A stretch of 64,000 bases of DNA. Source: Trichoplax sp. H2. Lineage: Eukaryota. The position numbers and the translations under genes were made by a program. Below, piece by piece: positions 51,539 to 64,000 of this stretch (within the stretch, counting starts at the first letter, position 1; every line of letters starts with the position of its first letter). The notes under the pieces are model-generated. The model was not told the origin of the DNA. It saw nothing but the letters and a program-made list of their open reading frames with translations, and made no database searches. The stretch covers positions 806,001 through 870,000 of the forward strand of contig NOWV01000013.1 of NCBI GenBank assembly GCA_003344405.1. The letters are read 5' to 3'.

Positions 51539-54500
51539 ATGTCTACTTCTGTATTTTCTCGGCTTACTTCAGCCGCATTTAGTGATGCGGATAAGGACCA
51601 GTTCCAAAAGGTAAAACCTCTTGCCTTGCTGGCTCATCTTGATGTCTTGCTGCTGCTGTAGCCATGCAGAAAAATAAAGCTGCTTTTCTTCATCTCTCTC
51701 GTTTCTAGGCTGATATTAGAACGGATGAGGAGCAACAAGTTAAATTAGATGATACAATGCAGTTGCTTATTGCTGCTGGATACTTTCGTGCTCGTATTAA
51801 GGGCCTCTCGCCTTTTGATAAGGTCAGACAAATAGGATGCGTAATGGATTGAAATCTCCTCTACTTTAGCGTGGCATCCATGTCATACATAAAGTCTGAT
51901 ATTATTTTCTTCCTTTATTTTAACAACGTATTCGATAATGGAATAATAGACTGTAGGTGGAATGACTTGGTGTATTACCTCCAGTAACTTTGATATCGAT
52001 GTCGACTTGTTATACCAAGAGAATTCTACAATTGGGCAGAAGATGTAAGAATTGCCAGTGTAATTAGGAGATGGCGATTGTGTTGTGTACACTTATCATG
52101 ATTCCTAAACAGAAGACTCTGTTACATCTTGTTAGTCTTTAATACGACAATAATGAAATGGAAGTCCATAGAGATTGATCATAAACAGAATACCCAATTT
52201 GATTTAGTTAGTTTCCACTGCAATGATGGAATTGAAGTCTATGAAGATCGATCATTGCAGATAGATATGAAAGTAATCAACGATGAGTACACTATTCTAT
52301 GACGCTTTACTATCAATTAGATAGAATACCCAATTTTAACCTTGTTAGTCTTCATTAAAATTATGAAATTAAAGTCTATAAGGATTGACTAGTGACGGTG
52401 GACATGAACGTAATAAACTAAACTATCCTATTATATTTTACTGGCAAGGTTAAACGTTAACATTGACACCAGCCATGATAAATGGACTGTATAGCCGATT
52501 CAATCTTGTTATTCTTGACTACAGTAATAAAATTATAGTTTAAGAGGATTGATCAGTACAACTTGACGTAAAGTAATCCACTATACTATCCAGTTACATT
52601 TTTACTATCAATGGATTCGCTAGTCAGGATACGCAGATGATATACCGGAATCAATCTTGTTATTCTTTACGACGATACACTGATAAAGTTAAAGTTCATA
52701 TGGATTAAATAGTACAGATTGACATGCAAATAATAAAATAAATTATCTTATTGTATTTCACTATCAAGTTTTACCTTGAATAGTTGCGCTTGTCAAACAA
52801 ATAGACCGTATATCCGATTAGATTTGATTATTTCTTTTTACTACAGTGCAGTAATGAAAGCTAAAGTTCATGAGGATTGATACGTAAATAATCAATTACG
52901 AATACCATCAAATTGTATTTATCTCGAAATTTTAGAGCATTAACTGAGAAGATTGTTGCCGTCTTACCAAAGATGAAGTGCCCCTATCGTATTGAACCTC
53001 ATCAAATTCAAGGTCTTGATTTTATACATATATACCCAGTTGTTCAGGTTTGTCAGCTAGAAACTGTGATGATTGTGTAACGTTTTTGTCAACAAGATGC
53101 AAAAAATTTTAGGTGCTATCTTGTTGAAAAGTACTAAGTTTAGACTATAATTATAGTGGTTGGTAAAACAAGCTTTAGAAACGCGTCAAGAGACTGGTAA
53201 TGTTACTAGAAAGATTTCTGAGCTCAACTTCGCAAAGTCTTACCGTGCACCTGAGGTAGAAAATTTTAGCTATCACTGCTTCAACTTTATCCATAGCTTA
53301 TGGCTAATTTATCCATATTTTATCGTCATTACTGAAATACTACTATTGCTCGCAATGGTAACCTTTAATTTTCCTTAAAATGTTCTATCACACATAATAG
53401 GATGATCAATATGCCGATAAGAAAGAAGGAATTTCTAAAGGATTAAAAACAGTCATGGTAATTAAGCACATAAATATTTTGTGATACTCACAATAACTAT
53501 ACAGTATACTCTTGTCTTAATAATGTTATTAACATCAACTGCGAATTAAATATCCTATCTGCTGCTATTTGAAGGATAACTATAGACCAAATCGTAGATT
53601 TCGTCGATCAGACAGTAAAGCAGTCGCACAATTAGATGAACCAACTCGTATTCAATCGACTTTGTTAGAGTACGGCATGTAAGTGCTTGTTTATCTATCT
53701 TCAATTTTTTCATATTGAATCATACAAATACAACGACACAATAAGAATTAGTCGGATCTCTGTACCCATTAATACTTTATAAATCGTTTTAAAATTAGAA
53801 TGTTGTTATATTTATTAGGAAATTTGGTGCAGCTCCTAAATCCAAAAGTGAGGACGAGACGGTAAGGAAATGAAACAAGTTAAATGTTCTATACTGTTTA
53901 GGCTAAGCAAGGATAGGTATATGCACGGTAAACTTATTGATTCTTGTTAATTCTTGATAATATAGGAGCAAAGTGAAGTTGCAAAAAAAGCTTCTGCCGT
54001 TAGCTCAGCTGTTAAAGCGTCTGCCGGTAAAGAAGTTAATGATGATGAAGAGGAAGTTGTTGATGAAGTGAGTATAAGATGTTTTTAAGGTCATTCTATA
54101 ATACTATAATGTAACATTTATTTACGAATCATGTTACGACATTCAGTATGTTATATAATTATCACAGATATAATAATTGTTAAAATTACTTGGGAAATAG
54201 AAAGGAAATTATCTTTTCATGCATATTTTACGATAATCGTACGTGCAGTTACTGTAACTATTGGTGTATTAAAATTATAGAAAGAAATCTCACGAATAAT
54301 GAATGATATGTCTGCAGCCGCTGGTGCTGAGGTAAGTGTATTATACTACCTAAGTTAAACTTTGCATTGATACGCATTACTAACACTACACTGTAATGAT
54401 ACGGTGTGTTAGTTTTTGGTAATCGTTCTATAGAGTATCCTGGAAATACCCAGTTGATATTATAAAACTTTTCTATACTTGATAAACAAGTTGAGAACGT

Positions 54501-56544
54501 AAGATATTCTTTACGTTTGTTTAGGCTACGGTCTCATCAAGTCTAGTTGGATCAATCGTAGGATTACAGTCGGAAGAAATTCAAAATATATCCTCTGAGT
54601 ATGCTGGAAAGGTACATAGATAAAAGTCACAGGATATTTTTGATACAGTTACAACCTTACTAATATTATTAACTTATATATTTTAGCAAATTGATATTGG
54701 CCGTGATGAAAAGTCAGGACAAGTGAGAGGCCTAGAATCCCATAAGAGAATTGTTGAGAATCTATCAAAGCAGATTGCATCAGAAGAACAAAACTTTTCA
54801 GTGGTACATGTCATGCAAAACTTACGATATTTTATATTCATTATGTAGTAGTAATTGCTTTAATCGGTATAAATGTAGGTAAGTCAAAAACACAACCAAT
54901 TGGAAACACAACTAGCAGAAAAGCAGCAAAGTTTGGCAGAGGTATTTGACATCATCATTTTCTCAACACTACCAATAAGATAATAGAATTACCTTTATTT
55001 TTCTTATAGTATCAAACAAAGAAGGAACAGTACGTTAGCGAAATAGAAGAATTCGATGAGATCGAAAAGTCTGGCGAAAATGCTAGGTAAAGTTGAACGA
55101 TCTTTCATTATTGTTTGCTGCTTCACCGATTTGCCTTTGATTCTTTTATAAGTATAAATCTTGTATCCCTTTTTATTTTTGTTTACAGCCTGTTGGTAAC
55201 GTTGCAAGACCTTGTACTTCAAAATGAGACATTAAAAAAGCAAGAACAACAATTTAAGAGTTTCTGCAAGGTAAGGCTAAAGCCCAATGCTAGTGATGTA
55301 ACTTTTAGCGAATACATGCAATTTATCCAAATGTATAGTAAGATAAATGATTTTACATTTAGGACGAGATCATTCGTCTCCAAGAAATGATTAATAATCT
55401 GAAAGACGAAGAAGAAGATAATTTAAGCTTGGACAAAGAGAAGTCACATTTAGTAGAAAAACAATATACTGCCGATAAAGAGAAATTTAATAAAATAAAA
55501 TTATTCCTTGTATGCTATACTATTATTTTGGCCAAAATATAAATATAAACGGTCAATTATTCATTATTGTCCTTATTACTGATCTTGCATTATTATCCTT
55601 TGTTAAGGCTGGTAGAAATCGTGAAATTGCTTCAGTTCAGCGAAAAATTGATGAAGTTCCAACAAGAGCTGAACTTACTCAATATCAGAAACGTTTCGTG
55701 GAACTATATAATCAAGGTCTGAGATTGTTTCCTATTTCGTATATGTTACGTGAGGTAGCGCACTTTAAGCCACCTTCCTTTGTTATTATTCCACAGTCGC
55801 AACTACATTAACCGAAACGAAGCAATATTTTACCTTGTATAATACTCTGGATGATACAAAGTTATACCTATCGAAAGAGGTATAAAACTTTTCAAGTGCT
55901 AATATTTTTACTGCTAACAATCGCGATAGACAAAGATCGATTTATTGACAAGGAATCATTTAATTTTCTACTTTACTCATTAGGTCAGCCTGCTGAACTC
56001 GATCCATGATAACTTTCAACAGTAAGTCCATATACACTCTAAAGTTAAAATATTTTGACAAGAATTCTGTTTTAACCCAAATTAATATTCTTTCCTTGCG
56101 AATTATTTTATGAAAGGGCCATGGCTTCTGCCGCTAATAAAGAGCAGTTTCTGAAACAGTTGGAACAGATCGTGAGCGGAATCACCCAAAATAGAACAAA
56201 GGTTAATAGTTTTACCTAGAAATGTTCTTCAGTCGTATCGTTTTTTGTAATGATCATTTTGATCCATTGGATTATAATGATTTTTTTTGCAGGCCGAAAA
56301 GAAAAGAGCTGATGAGAAAATGCGTAGAGATGAGCTTACTGATCGATACTTAGATTTAGTCGATAAACAAAGATTGTACATAAAGACTGTTAAAGCTTTT
56401 ACCGAGGTATTTATTGATTTGTTGTCAATTGTTGTATATACATCTCAATGCAGGCTATGTAATATTCAGCTTACGATCTGATTTTGTACTTTAAAGGAAT
56501 GCAAGAAGAATGAAATACTAACTGCAAAATTGGAAAGAAGATAG
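51539..56544 (+). CDS. CCDC93: Coiled-coil domain-containing protein 93 (CCC/Commander complex), multi-exon
   Basis: Peptides [106 protein letters not shown] and [16 protein letters not shown]; ends ECKKNEIL...R*. Confidence 0.97.
52100..52910. repeat. Highly degenerate repeats of about 135-150 bp in CCDC93 intron 3
   Basis: Recurring AATACCCAATTTT, CAATCTTGTTATTCTT and AAAGT(T/C)...GGATTGA motifs. Confidence 0.6.
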
Positions 56545-58047
56545 ATTTTACTAAACTTGATTTGTTTATATTGATGAAATGTATCCTATACAGTATGTGA
56601 ATAATTCAATGTGCACGTAAAATATTAAATACTGTAGTCATTCTAACTACCGTTTACCATTTTTGAACTGATATTAGAATATGTTATGTTTGATATGACC
56701 TATTTCCGGTACATTTTGCTACTATCGAGTTTAGGGCATGAATCTTAATTCGGTAATAAAATATATTTTGGTTGAATCATTTTGTGTACTTAATTGGTTG
56801 CCGTTTGAAAATATTTTCGTCAATTTACTCTAAATGTCCTGTATTCTTTAAGAGCACTTGAACGAATCGAGCTTGTCGGCTAATAATATTATCCAATACC
56901 GATGGTCCTCAAATATACTTAAATGCAATTTGAAGGTTATATGATATTGTCCGAAAGACTATAGTTTATTTACTACTAAGGTAAAGCTGTTTGCAGTTAT
57001 TACCAGTAATACAGTAAGTAATGCCCTAAATGCTACCTTAACGGCTTAGAATCGTAATTTATGGATTTACGTCGTGACCCTTGCAGTGCGAATAACTGCA
57101 TATTATTATTTCCTAACCAAAGTCTACCGAACCATAACTTATTGGATTTTGTTTACTACAAAATACGTTTAACGTGAAGTAAAATTTAAAAAGCTGTTTA
57201 CCTGAAGAACTTGCGGTCATTGAAGTTATTTGTAGCCTTTCTGGCTCTAAGATTGTCTCGCTATACACAGAACCAGTAGCGATTATCGTTACGTTATTAG
57301 AAGAGTTCGAAATTGGTATCAAAAGCAATCGCAGATAAATTCGTTTGTAACAGTTTCATTGTTACACTAACCGTACTAACTGCGAGAGTAAAAAAGCAAC
57401 ATCTTTCTCGTACAATGTATTTGCAGTCTTAAAAGTTAACACCAGTGCTAGGATAAAGAGTTACCACAACAGAGAAGACTTGTAAGTAAAATATAGCAAC
57501 AACAAAAATAATTGCGACGGCAGATACGAAAATTACAAAGTAAATGAATAGGAAAGGCGATACCATAAACTTACTCGTATGTTGCTACCATTAAAATTAC
57601 TTGTATGGCTTTGAAAATTGAGCAAAGCTTTCAAAGTATGCAACTAATGAAGATCATGAAAACGATATAATAAACTATTACTGTAAATATTCTTTTACTG
57701 TCGCCGACCGGTACATCCAAGTTAAAATGAGACTTTTACATAAATTGTAATTATGCTATGAAATAGAAATATAAGCTATACATATATCTAAAAAATGGAC
57801 AGAGTCATTAATATCATTGATGACGTATTATATTTTTATATTACGAAATAGAAATCTCCAAAGGAGAGAACAGAACATCTTAGAATAGTATATCTAAATG
57901 TTATACTTTTAAGCTAATCATTATCAATTGCACTGGCTCATTTTATTGACTGGATAGCCGTCCGGGGCTTTGAGGGAATTGCATATGCATATCAATTTAT
58001 GTAGAGTGATAAACTGTTTTTAACACTTGTTACAAAGGTAGGAGATA

Positions 58048-59413
58048 TTACAATTCAGAAGTATTTGGATTTGGCATAGGTAAAAATTTTCGAAGTAACC
58101 AATCAGCAAGGCTATACGGTAGGTAACTAATAATTAAGAATATCCATGTATCAGATCCAATGTAATAAAATTCGCGAGGTGCTATAGAAAAAAGAGCATT
58201 CTCAATGGCTTCAGTAACTTTATTCACCTCAGGTGAGGCTTTCCCAGCTATTGCCAGTAAGCTTTCCTCCACTTTAAAGGAATAAAGGTGAAAAAAATGA
58301 AAGATTTAACATAACTACTAGCTTATATAGCATATACTAAGTATACAATGTATAGAGATTTCTTAGATATTTATTCATTATATACCTACACTAATACTGT
58401 ACGAGACTGAATTTTTTTACACTTTTCATTTCTCTATACTGATGCTAACACTAAACAGTTTATATTCTATTTCGATGTAAAATTTAATACTGTTTTATGC
58501 TATAAAATATGCCATATTTACAGTATTGATGAATATCTATTCGTGACTTGGATCGAGAAAATTATTAAGGTTCGGAACTATTTAATAGGTATGCCATCAT
58601 GATAGAGTAATGAAGAAGTTAGCCATAATCACATGAAAATAATTTATGGTACATAAATTTATACTTACAGCTGGTAAAAAATTTCTGATTATACGTTTTT
58701 TGCAATTGTTGGCTGAGCTTAGATTGTTTCTCCTTCAGCTCTTCTAATATTTTTGCTGGCTGTGATAAAGGTGTACGAAATAATCCAGGACACATACAAC
58801 TTACTGAAACATCAAAAGGCGCCATTTCACGTCGTAAGACATTAGAAAAGGCGATAACTCCTGCCTTGGATACACAATAGGGTGCAAAATAAAAAGGACA
58901 TGCTATGCCCAAGATACTAGCAACATTAACAACTCTTCCTTTAGCTATTTTAATGAGAGGAACAAACTGGTTGCTCATTCTGATGGTGCCATAGAGATTA
59001 ATGTCCACGATACGATGATAATCTTCTGTGGATAACCAATCAGTAAATCCATTGATTAATATGCCAGCGTTATTGACAATTCCCCATAGTCCCACATCTT
59101 TAGGTAGGGTTTTATGAACCAGTTCATAGGCCTGCTCAACCTGTTCAGCCCTCGTAATGTCCAAGATGAAAGCATGAATTGTGGAATATTTCTCGTTCAA
59201 TTCCTGGACTGCATCTAGAGTTAAACAACCAGCAAAAACATTTACTTTTTGCTGACATAAACTTTCAGCTAGTAAGCGTCCAAAACCACTATCGCAACCA
59301 GTAATTAGTACATATCTATCGGATAATCCTTCCACTTTTCCTTTAGGTTTAACCAAAAAGCAAGCATAACATAGATAAGTTAATGCTAGTAAGATAATAA
59401 TGGTGATAATCAT
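58048..59413 (-). CDS. Second SDR9C-type dehydrogenase, paralog of 48120-49174; exons 59413-58669 and 58271-58048
   Basis: N-terminal TM segment, TGCDSGFG, GLWGIVNNAG, S...YCVSK, CPGLFRT; phase-1 intron at the equivalent position. Confidence 0.95.
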
Positions 59414-59639
59414 ATCTTGAAATTGAGGATATGGTTCAACGATGAAATAAGAATGATTAAGACGTTTGTATTTAGGTAATCCAGGATCTTATGGTCAGAT
59501 TTGGAGTAGAAATTGAATGAGTTAGCAGTCAGCTGTCTTGCTATCGTGTCTGTTAGTCAAATGAATGGTAGAATTAAGTAGCAATGATGTAATTATAATT
59601 ATTTCTGTTAAATGATTGAAAGACTTTGATAGTAAAAAA

Positions 59640-60600
59640 TCATCAATTCTCTGAGGGAGCGATATGAATTGTCGATCGTGAACATTGACAGAAATGTTGA
59701 CTATATAAAATATTAATGATTGAGTTGATTCCCGTGAATTTATTCTTGGAAGATTTGTAGCATGATATAAATAGAGATTTACGATCAGAAAGATAGATAT
59801 AATTGTTTCTTCCTAATAAGTGAGAAACCTTGGCAGCAAAGATCATCGATTCTCTGAGTGGACAATATTAATTGCCGATGGTAAATATAGGCTGAAATGA
59901 TAGCTAAGTAAAACAACTGTGATTGAATTGCTTCCAGAGAATTATTTCTTCAATATCAAAAGCGTACCGTAGCTACTACTAACATCAAGGTATTCTATTC
60001 AGAAATATAAAAGGTTTCCTCTTAATGATTGGAAAATCTGGATAGCAAGGATTATTAATTCTCTGAATGAACAATATTAATTATCGAAGGTCAATATGAA
60101 CTAAAATGATAGTTAAGTAAAAAAGAGGTGGTTAAATTGATTCCAGTAAATCTTATTTCTTCAATAGTAAAAAAATATATCTACTGTTAATATCAACGTA
60201 TTTTATTCAGAAAGGTAGATATAATGATCTCCCTTAAATGATCGGAAATCTTGATGGCAAAAATTTCAATTCTCTGAGTGAATAATATTAATTAGCGATA
60301 GTGAATATAAGCTGAAGTGATCGTAGGTAAAAATAATCGCGATCGAATTTGTTCCAGTAAATCTTATTTCTTCAATAGTAAAGAAATATCTACTGCTAAT
60401 ATCAACGAATTTTATCCTGAAAGGTTGACATGATGTTTTCCTTCAAATAATCGGAAAATCTGAATGGCAAAGATCATCAGTTCTCTAAGTGAGCTCTATC
60501 AATTACCGGCACCGATCATTAACATTGGCAGAAATGATAACTACGTAAAAATATGAATGAATGGATGAATTCTAATGAGTTTTCCCTTCCAAGATGCAAG
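59640..60600. repeat. Degenerate tandem array of about 210 bp (5 copies) upstream of the second SDR
   Basis: TTCTCTGAGTG...ATATTAATT..CGAT...GAAATGATAG recurs at about 59647, 59849, 60058, 60269 and 60481. Confidence 0.85.
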
Positions 60601-61769
60601 GTAAGAATTAGAGTTGAAGATCGATATCAAGTAAATAAATACAACTCGTTACCGCGTACTGTATTCAATCAAGAACGGTAGATAAACTCTATCGAAATTA
60701 AAATGTGGAAATAGATTATAATAGAAGGGAATTAACAGAACAAGGATTGCCAATCTTAACAAGGAAATGAGTTCAAAAATTGATTTCAGTAGCTTAGCTG
60801 TTTTTCTAGCTATAAACTTTTTCCCATTAAATAGGTGGCTGTAATTGGCGATTTAAGCTGTTTCGATGGATGGCAAAGAGAGCTAAATGCCTTTGCGACC
60901 AATTTTAATATCCGCCGACCTAGAAAAAGGTTAGGTACAATCATTAGAAGTGAGCCAGAAATAACAAGGCAGCTTTGTGGTCAGTAAGTGCAATAAATAG
61001 AATAATTAATAAGTCCGGCCTCCAGTTTTGAGCTTTTTGTTCGTTGATTTTTATTTATTTATTTACTCTTAAAATACAAGTTGGCCTAAGGATAGTCCAA
61101 CCGTCTATTTGTCTGTTTGCAGATTTACCTAGAATTCACCTGTAGCATACTAAGAATAAAGTATTGAAGGTGGAAAGCTACTCGGGATCGAATTATGATC
61201 TATTAGATATATGTAATGTATCTTTCAGGTTATAGTAGCGGATTCTTATAAAGGGGTCTTATTAGGAGATATCGTATTGTAAGGAGGCTTTAGTGAGGAT
61301 GGCAGTGATGATGAGGAAAAACAATTCGAAATTAGAGAGTGCTTTGAGTCTACATGTATCATCTAGTTAGAATGCTCATCATGTTCTACGATTCTTTGTA
61401 TTACAGTTATGTATTAATTCTATCTTGTAATTATTTTTTTAATATACGTATATTCACTATATTATTATATAATTCCTTATATTCTACGTATGAATTAATT
61501 CAATGAACTCTTGCAAATGTTTGATAATCACTATACGAGTGTACTCGAACGTAGAACCTGTTGTGCGTACTTGATGAATTATGTAGTGGCGACTGGCGAA
61601 ATCGCTGTACGTGAAATTAAAGCAGAAGTTCATATGCTAGTATAGTGTACAGATTACATACTGACATATGCGTATACAGTACAGCATCACTATGCATATC
61701 TGTCCTAACTATCACTGCAGATACACAGATTCTTGGAGCGATAGATGCGGGATACAATTATATTTTATA

Positions 61770-62230
61770 TAATATGGATTATAGAATTATTTTAGTATAC
61801 CTATGAATTAACTCAACTCTTGTATATATTCTTACATTCAACATCTTATGTAATTCTTTGTATTGGAAGTATCAATTCAATCAATTAATTTCTATCGTTT
61901 AAATGCTTTTAAAGTTATCTTGTATATCTTATGCAGTTCTTAGAATTCGATTTATAAATTAAATCTTGCAAACATGTTTTAAATTTATATTCAACATTTT
62001 AACTAATTCTTTATATCAGGCCTATAAATGAACTTCATACCCACAATTATTTTGGAACCTTATGTTCATAATTTTATAGAATTCTTATTACTAGAGCTAT
62101 AAATTAAATCATATCTTGCAAATTTTTTTAGTTTTATATTCTTAATCTTATATAATTCTTTGTACTACAACTATAAATGAACTCCTGTCTTGAAACTACT
62201 TTTAACTTTTTATATTGCTAGTACAATATT
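61770..62230. repeat. Degenerate AT-rich short tandem repeats
   Basis: Recurring CTATAAAT(G/T)AA(C/A)T...TCTTG...AATTCTTTGTA motifs. Confidence 0.55.
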
Positions 62231-63234
62231 ATCCTAATTGATATTTATAAACATTACTCGATAGAGAATTTACTAGTGGTCATACAGTACAACACAGTAC
62301 TTATTATATGGGAATAGTACATATTGACCAGTCTTTAAATCACTTCAGCTATTCCACAGAGCCATAAGTCTAAAAGGCTCACGACTAATTATTATTTAGA
62401 AAGTAAAAATCGACTAATGTAAGCGATAACTGCATCGCTAGAAAAAAATAAATCCTCCATATCCTAATAAATAATATAATAAACCGATATAGTATATACT
62501 GTAAAGATAGCCAGTGTCAATAATCCTGTACTGCATACACTATACTCAATGAACGATTATACAATATCTCAAAATGAAAATTAGCCAAGAGAGAGCTTAT
62601 ACACTAGCAGAGCAGTAGTGCAAGTTAACTTAGAAATAAAACCTATACTTTATTGTTATTGAAAACTATAGTTTTAATTCAGAACGCAATTTTAAGTTGA
62701 ATTACTCATTCACATGAAAGAAGTATGCCCATGTCAGACTCATGTCGTATACTGATATCGTAGATGATGCCAGTAAAGTTATGGCAATACTTTAGCTTAA
62801 GTCAATATTAAAATATTATAACGTCATCAAGTTGAGTGTTGCTAACTAAAATCGAACACGATCAGATAGCGACTACGGTAGAATAAAATAAATTTTTGAA
62901 CACATGGAACAAATTTTTTTGTACTAAAAGAATAAGAAAATAAATTGCAAGACATTACTCGTAGTTATGGAATAACACATTTTCTCTAGTAAATTCACTA
63001 CAGACATCAATCCAAGTGTAAATATTCATCATGACCTAATATCATGGATATCTAGAAACAATGGCATTATATTTTCCACAAGTTACTATTACGTTGCTAC
63101 AATCACAAGATATGGTCATTAGGCTAAATTGATAGCTGTTCAAGTATCAACTAATATGAATGGCTTGTTGTAGATAGAATGCTATACTGGTACATCTTCC
63201 ATGATTTGATGTTAAAATTAAGGTTGGTTCCTTC

Positions 63235-64000
63235 CTAAATATTGCGAAATTTATCAGCAGCTGCCACAAGTCTTCCGGCTATGCCTTTTTCACGAGCACT
63301 ATGCCCAGAATCGGGAACGACATGAAATTCAGCTTCTGGCCATCTCTAAGGAAATATATATATACATATATGTATTAGAGAAGAAATGTAAAGTTGTGCT
63401 ATAGTTAACAAATTAATCAGTACTTATTTGTTTATGAATTTTTAACCTTGTGTAGATCCCATGCGGTCTTGAACGGGCATACGACATCATACCGTCCTTG
63501 TACAATGACACCAGGAATATGTCGAATCTTTTCGGCGTTATCTAGAACGTGATTTGTGCCCTTAAACCATCCGCCATTAACGAAGAATTGACTTTAACCA
63601 TGAAAACATATCATAAAGAAAGATATTCACAGTCGAATTAATTGATTTTATTATACAATGTAATAATGGACAGTATTAACTTTGACAAAAAATTCAATGT
63701 ACCACTCAATGCGAGCAAACGCGATGGCGAAATGATCGTCTTCTGCACGAGCAATGACTTCATCGTCTACTAATAATTTTGCTGTTGACATTTCCCATTT
63801 ACTCCATGCGCGTGCACATCGTAATTTGACCTGTATATTATGTAAAGTACATAAATCCAAACGATTTTGTTCTGGTATACTAAACATTGCGATGTAGTTA
63901 CTACTTGTAGAGAATTTGATAAAAAATGCTGACGTAGATGTGGTAGTTTGGCCTTACCTCTTCGTCATTGCCAGTCAAACGGCGATGATATGCACCCATC
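63235..64000 (-). CDS. pip: Proline iminopeptidase (peptidase S33, alpha/beta hydrolase), 3' part; gene continues beyond the window
   Basis: Spliced translation MGAYHRRLTGNDEE|VKLRCARAWSKWEMST...FARIEC|QFFVNGGWF...KIRHIPGVIVQGRYDVVCPFKTAWDLHK|RWPEAEFHVVPDSGHSARE includes the catalytic Asp (GRYD) and His (SGHS) motifs. Confidence 0.93.

Overview
AT-rich, gene-dense eukaryotic genomic DNA with many short GT-AG introns. The gene set and compactness suggest an early-branching animal, most likely a placozoan such as Trichoplax; this is inference from style, not verified. Genes in order: two secreted acidic proteins (the first splices to an Arg-rich cationic tail, like an antimicrobial-peptide precursor), an SRCIN1/KIAA1217 (AIP3-domain) homolog, a membrane-anchored ankyrin-repeat protein, CNOT9, CLP1, ATG9, a cytochrome P450, two paralogous SDR9C-type dehydrogenases flanking CCDC93, and the 3' end of a proline iminopeptidase. 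There is no rRNA, tRNA, CRISPR array or transposase that I can support. Most notable: (1) the spliced acidic-pro/cationic peptide precursor at 246-945; (2) a decayed intronless ORF between CNOT9 and CLP1 with a CheD/NTAN1/CNF1-like Cys...His deamidase motif; (3) filled and empty versions of one locus side by side across the N gap, differing by a 1.6 kb TTAA-bounded segment rich in hairpin repeats; (4) unrelated tandem-repeat arrays clustered at gene 5' ends. All exon models and family assignments were made by eye and from memory of the families; no searches were run.
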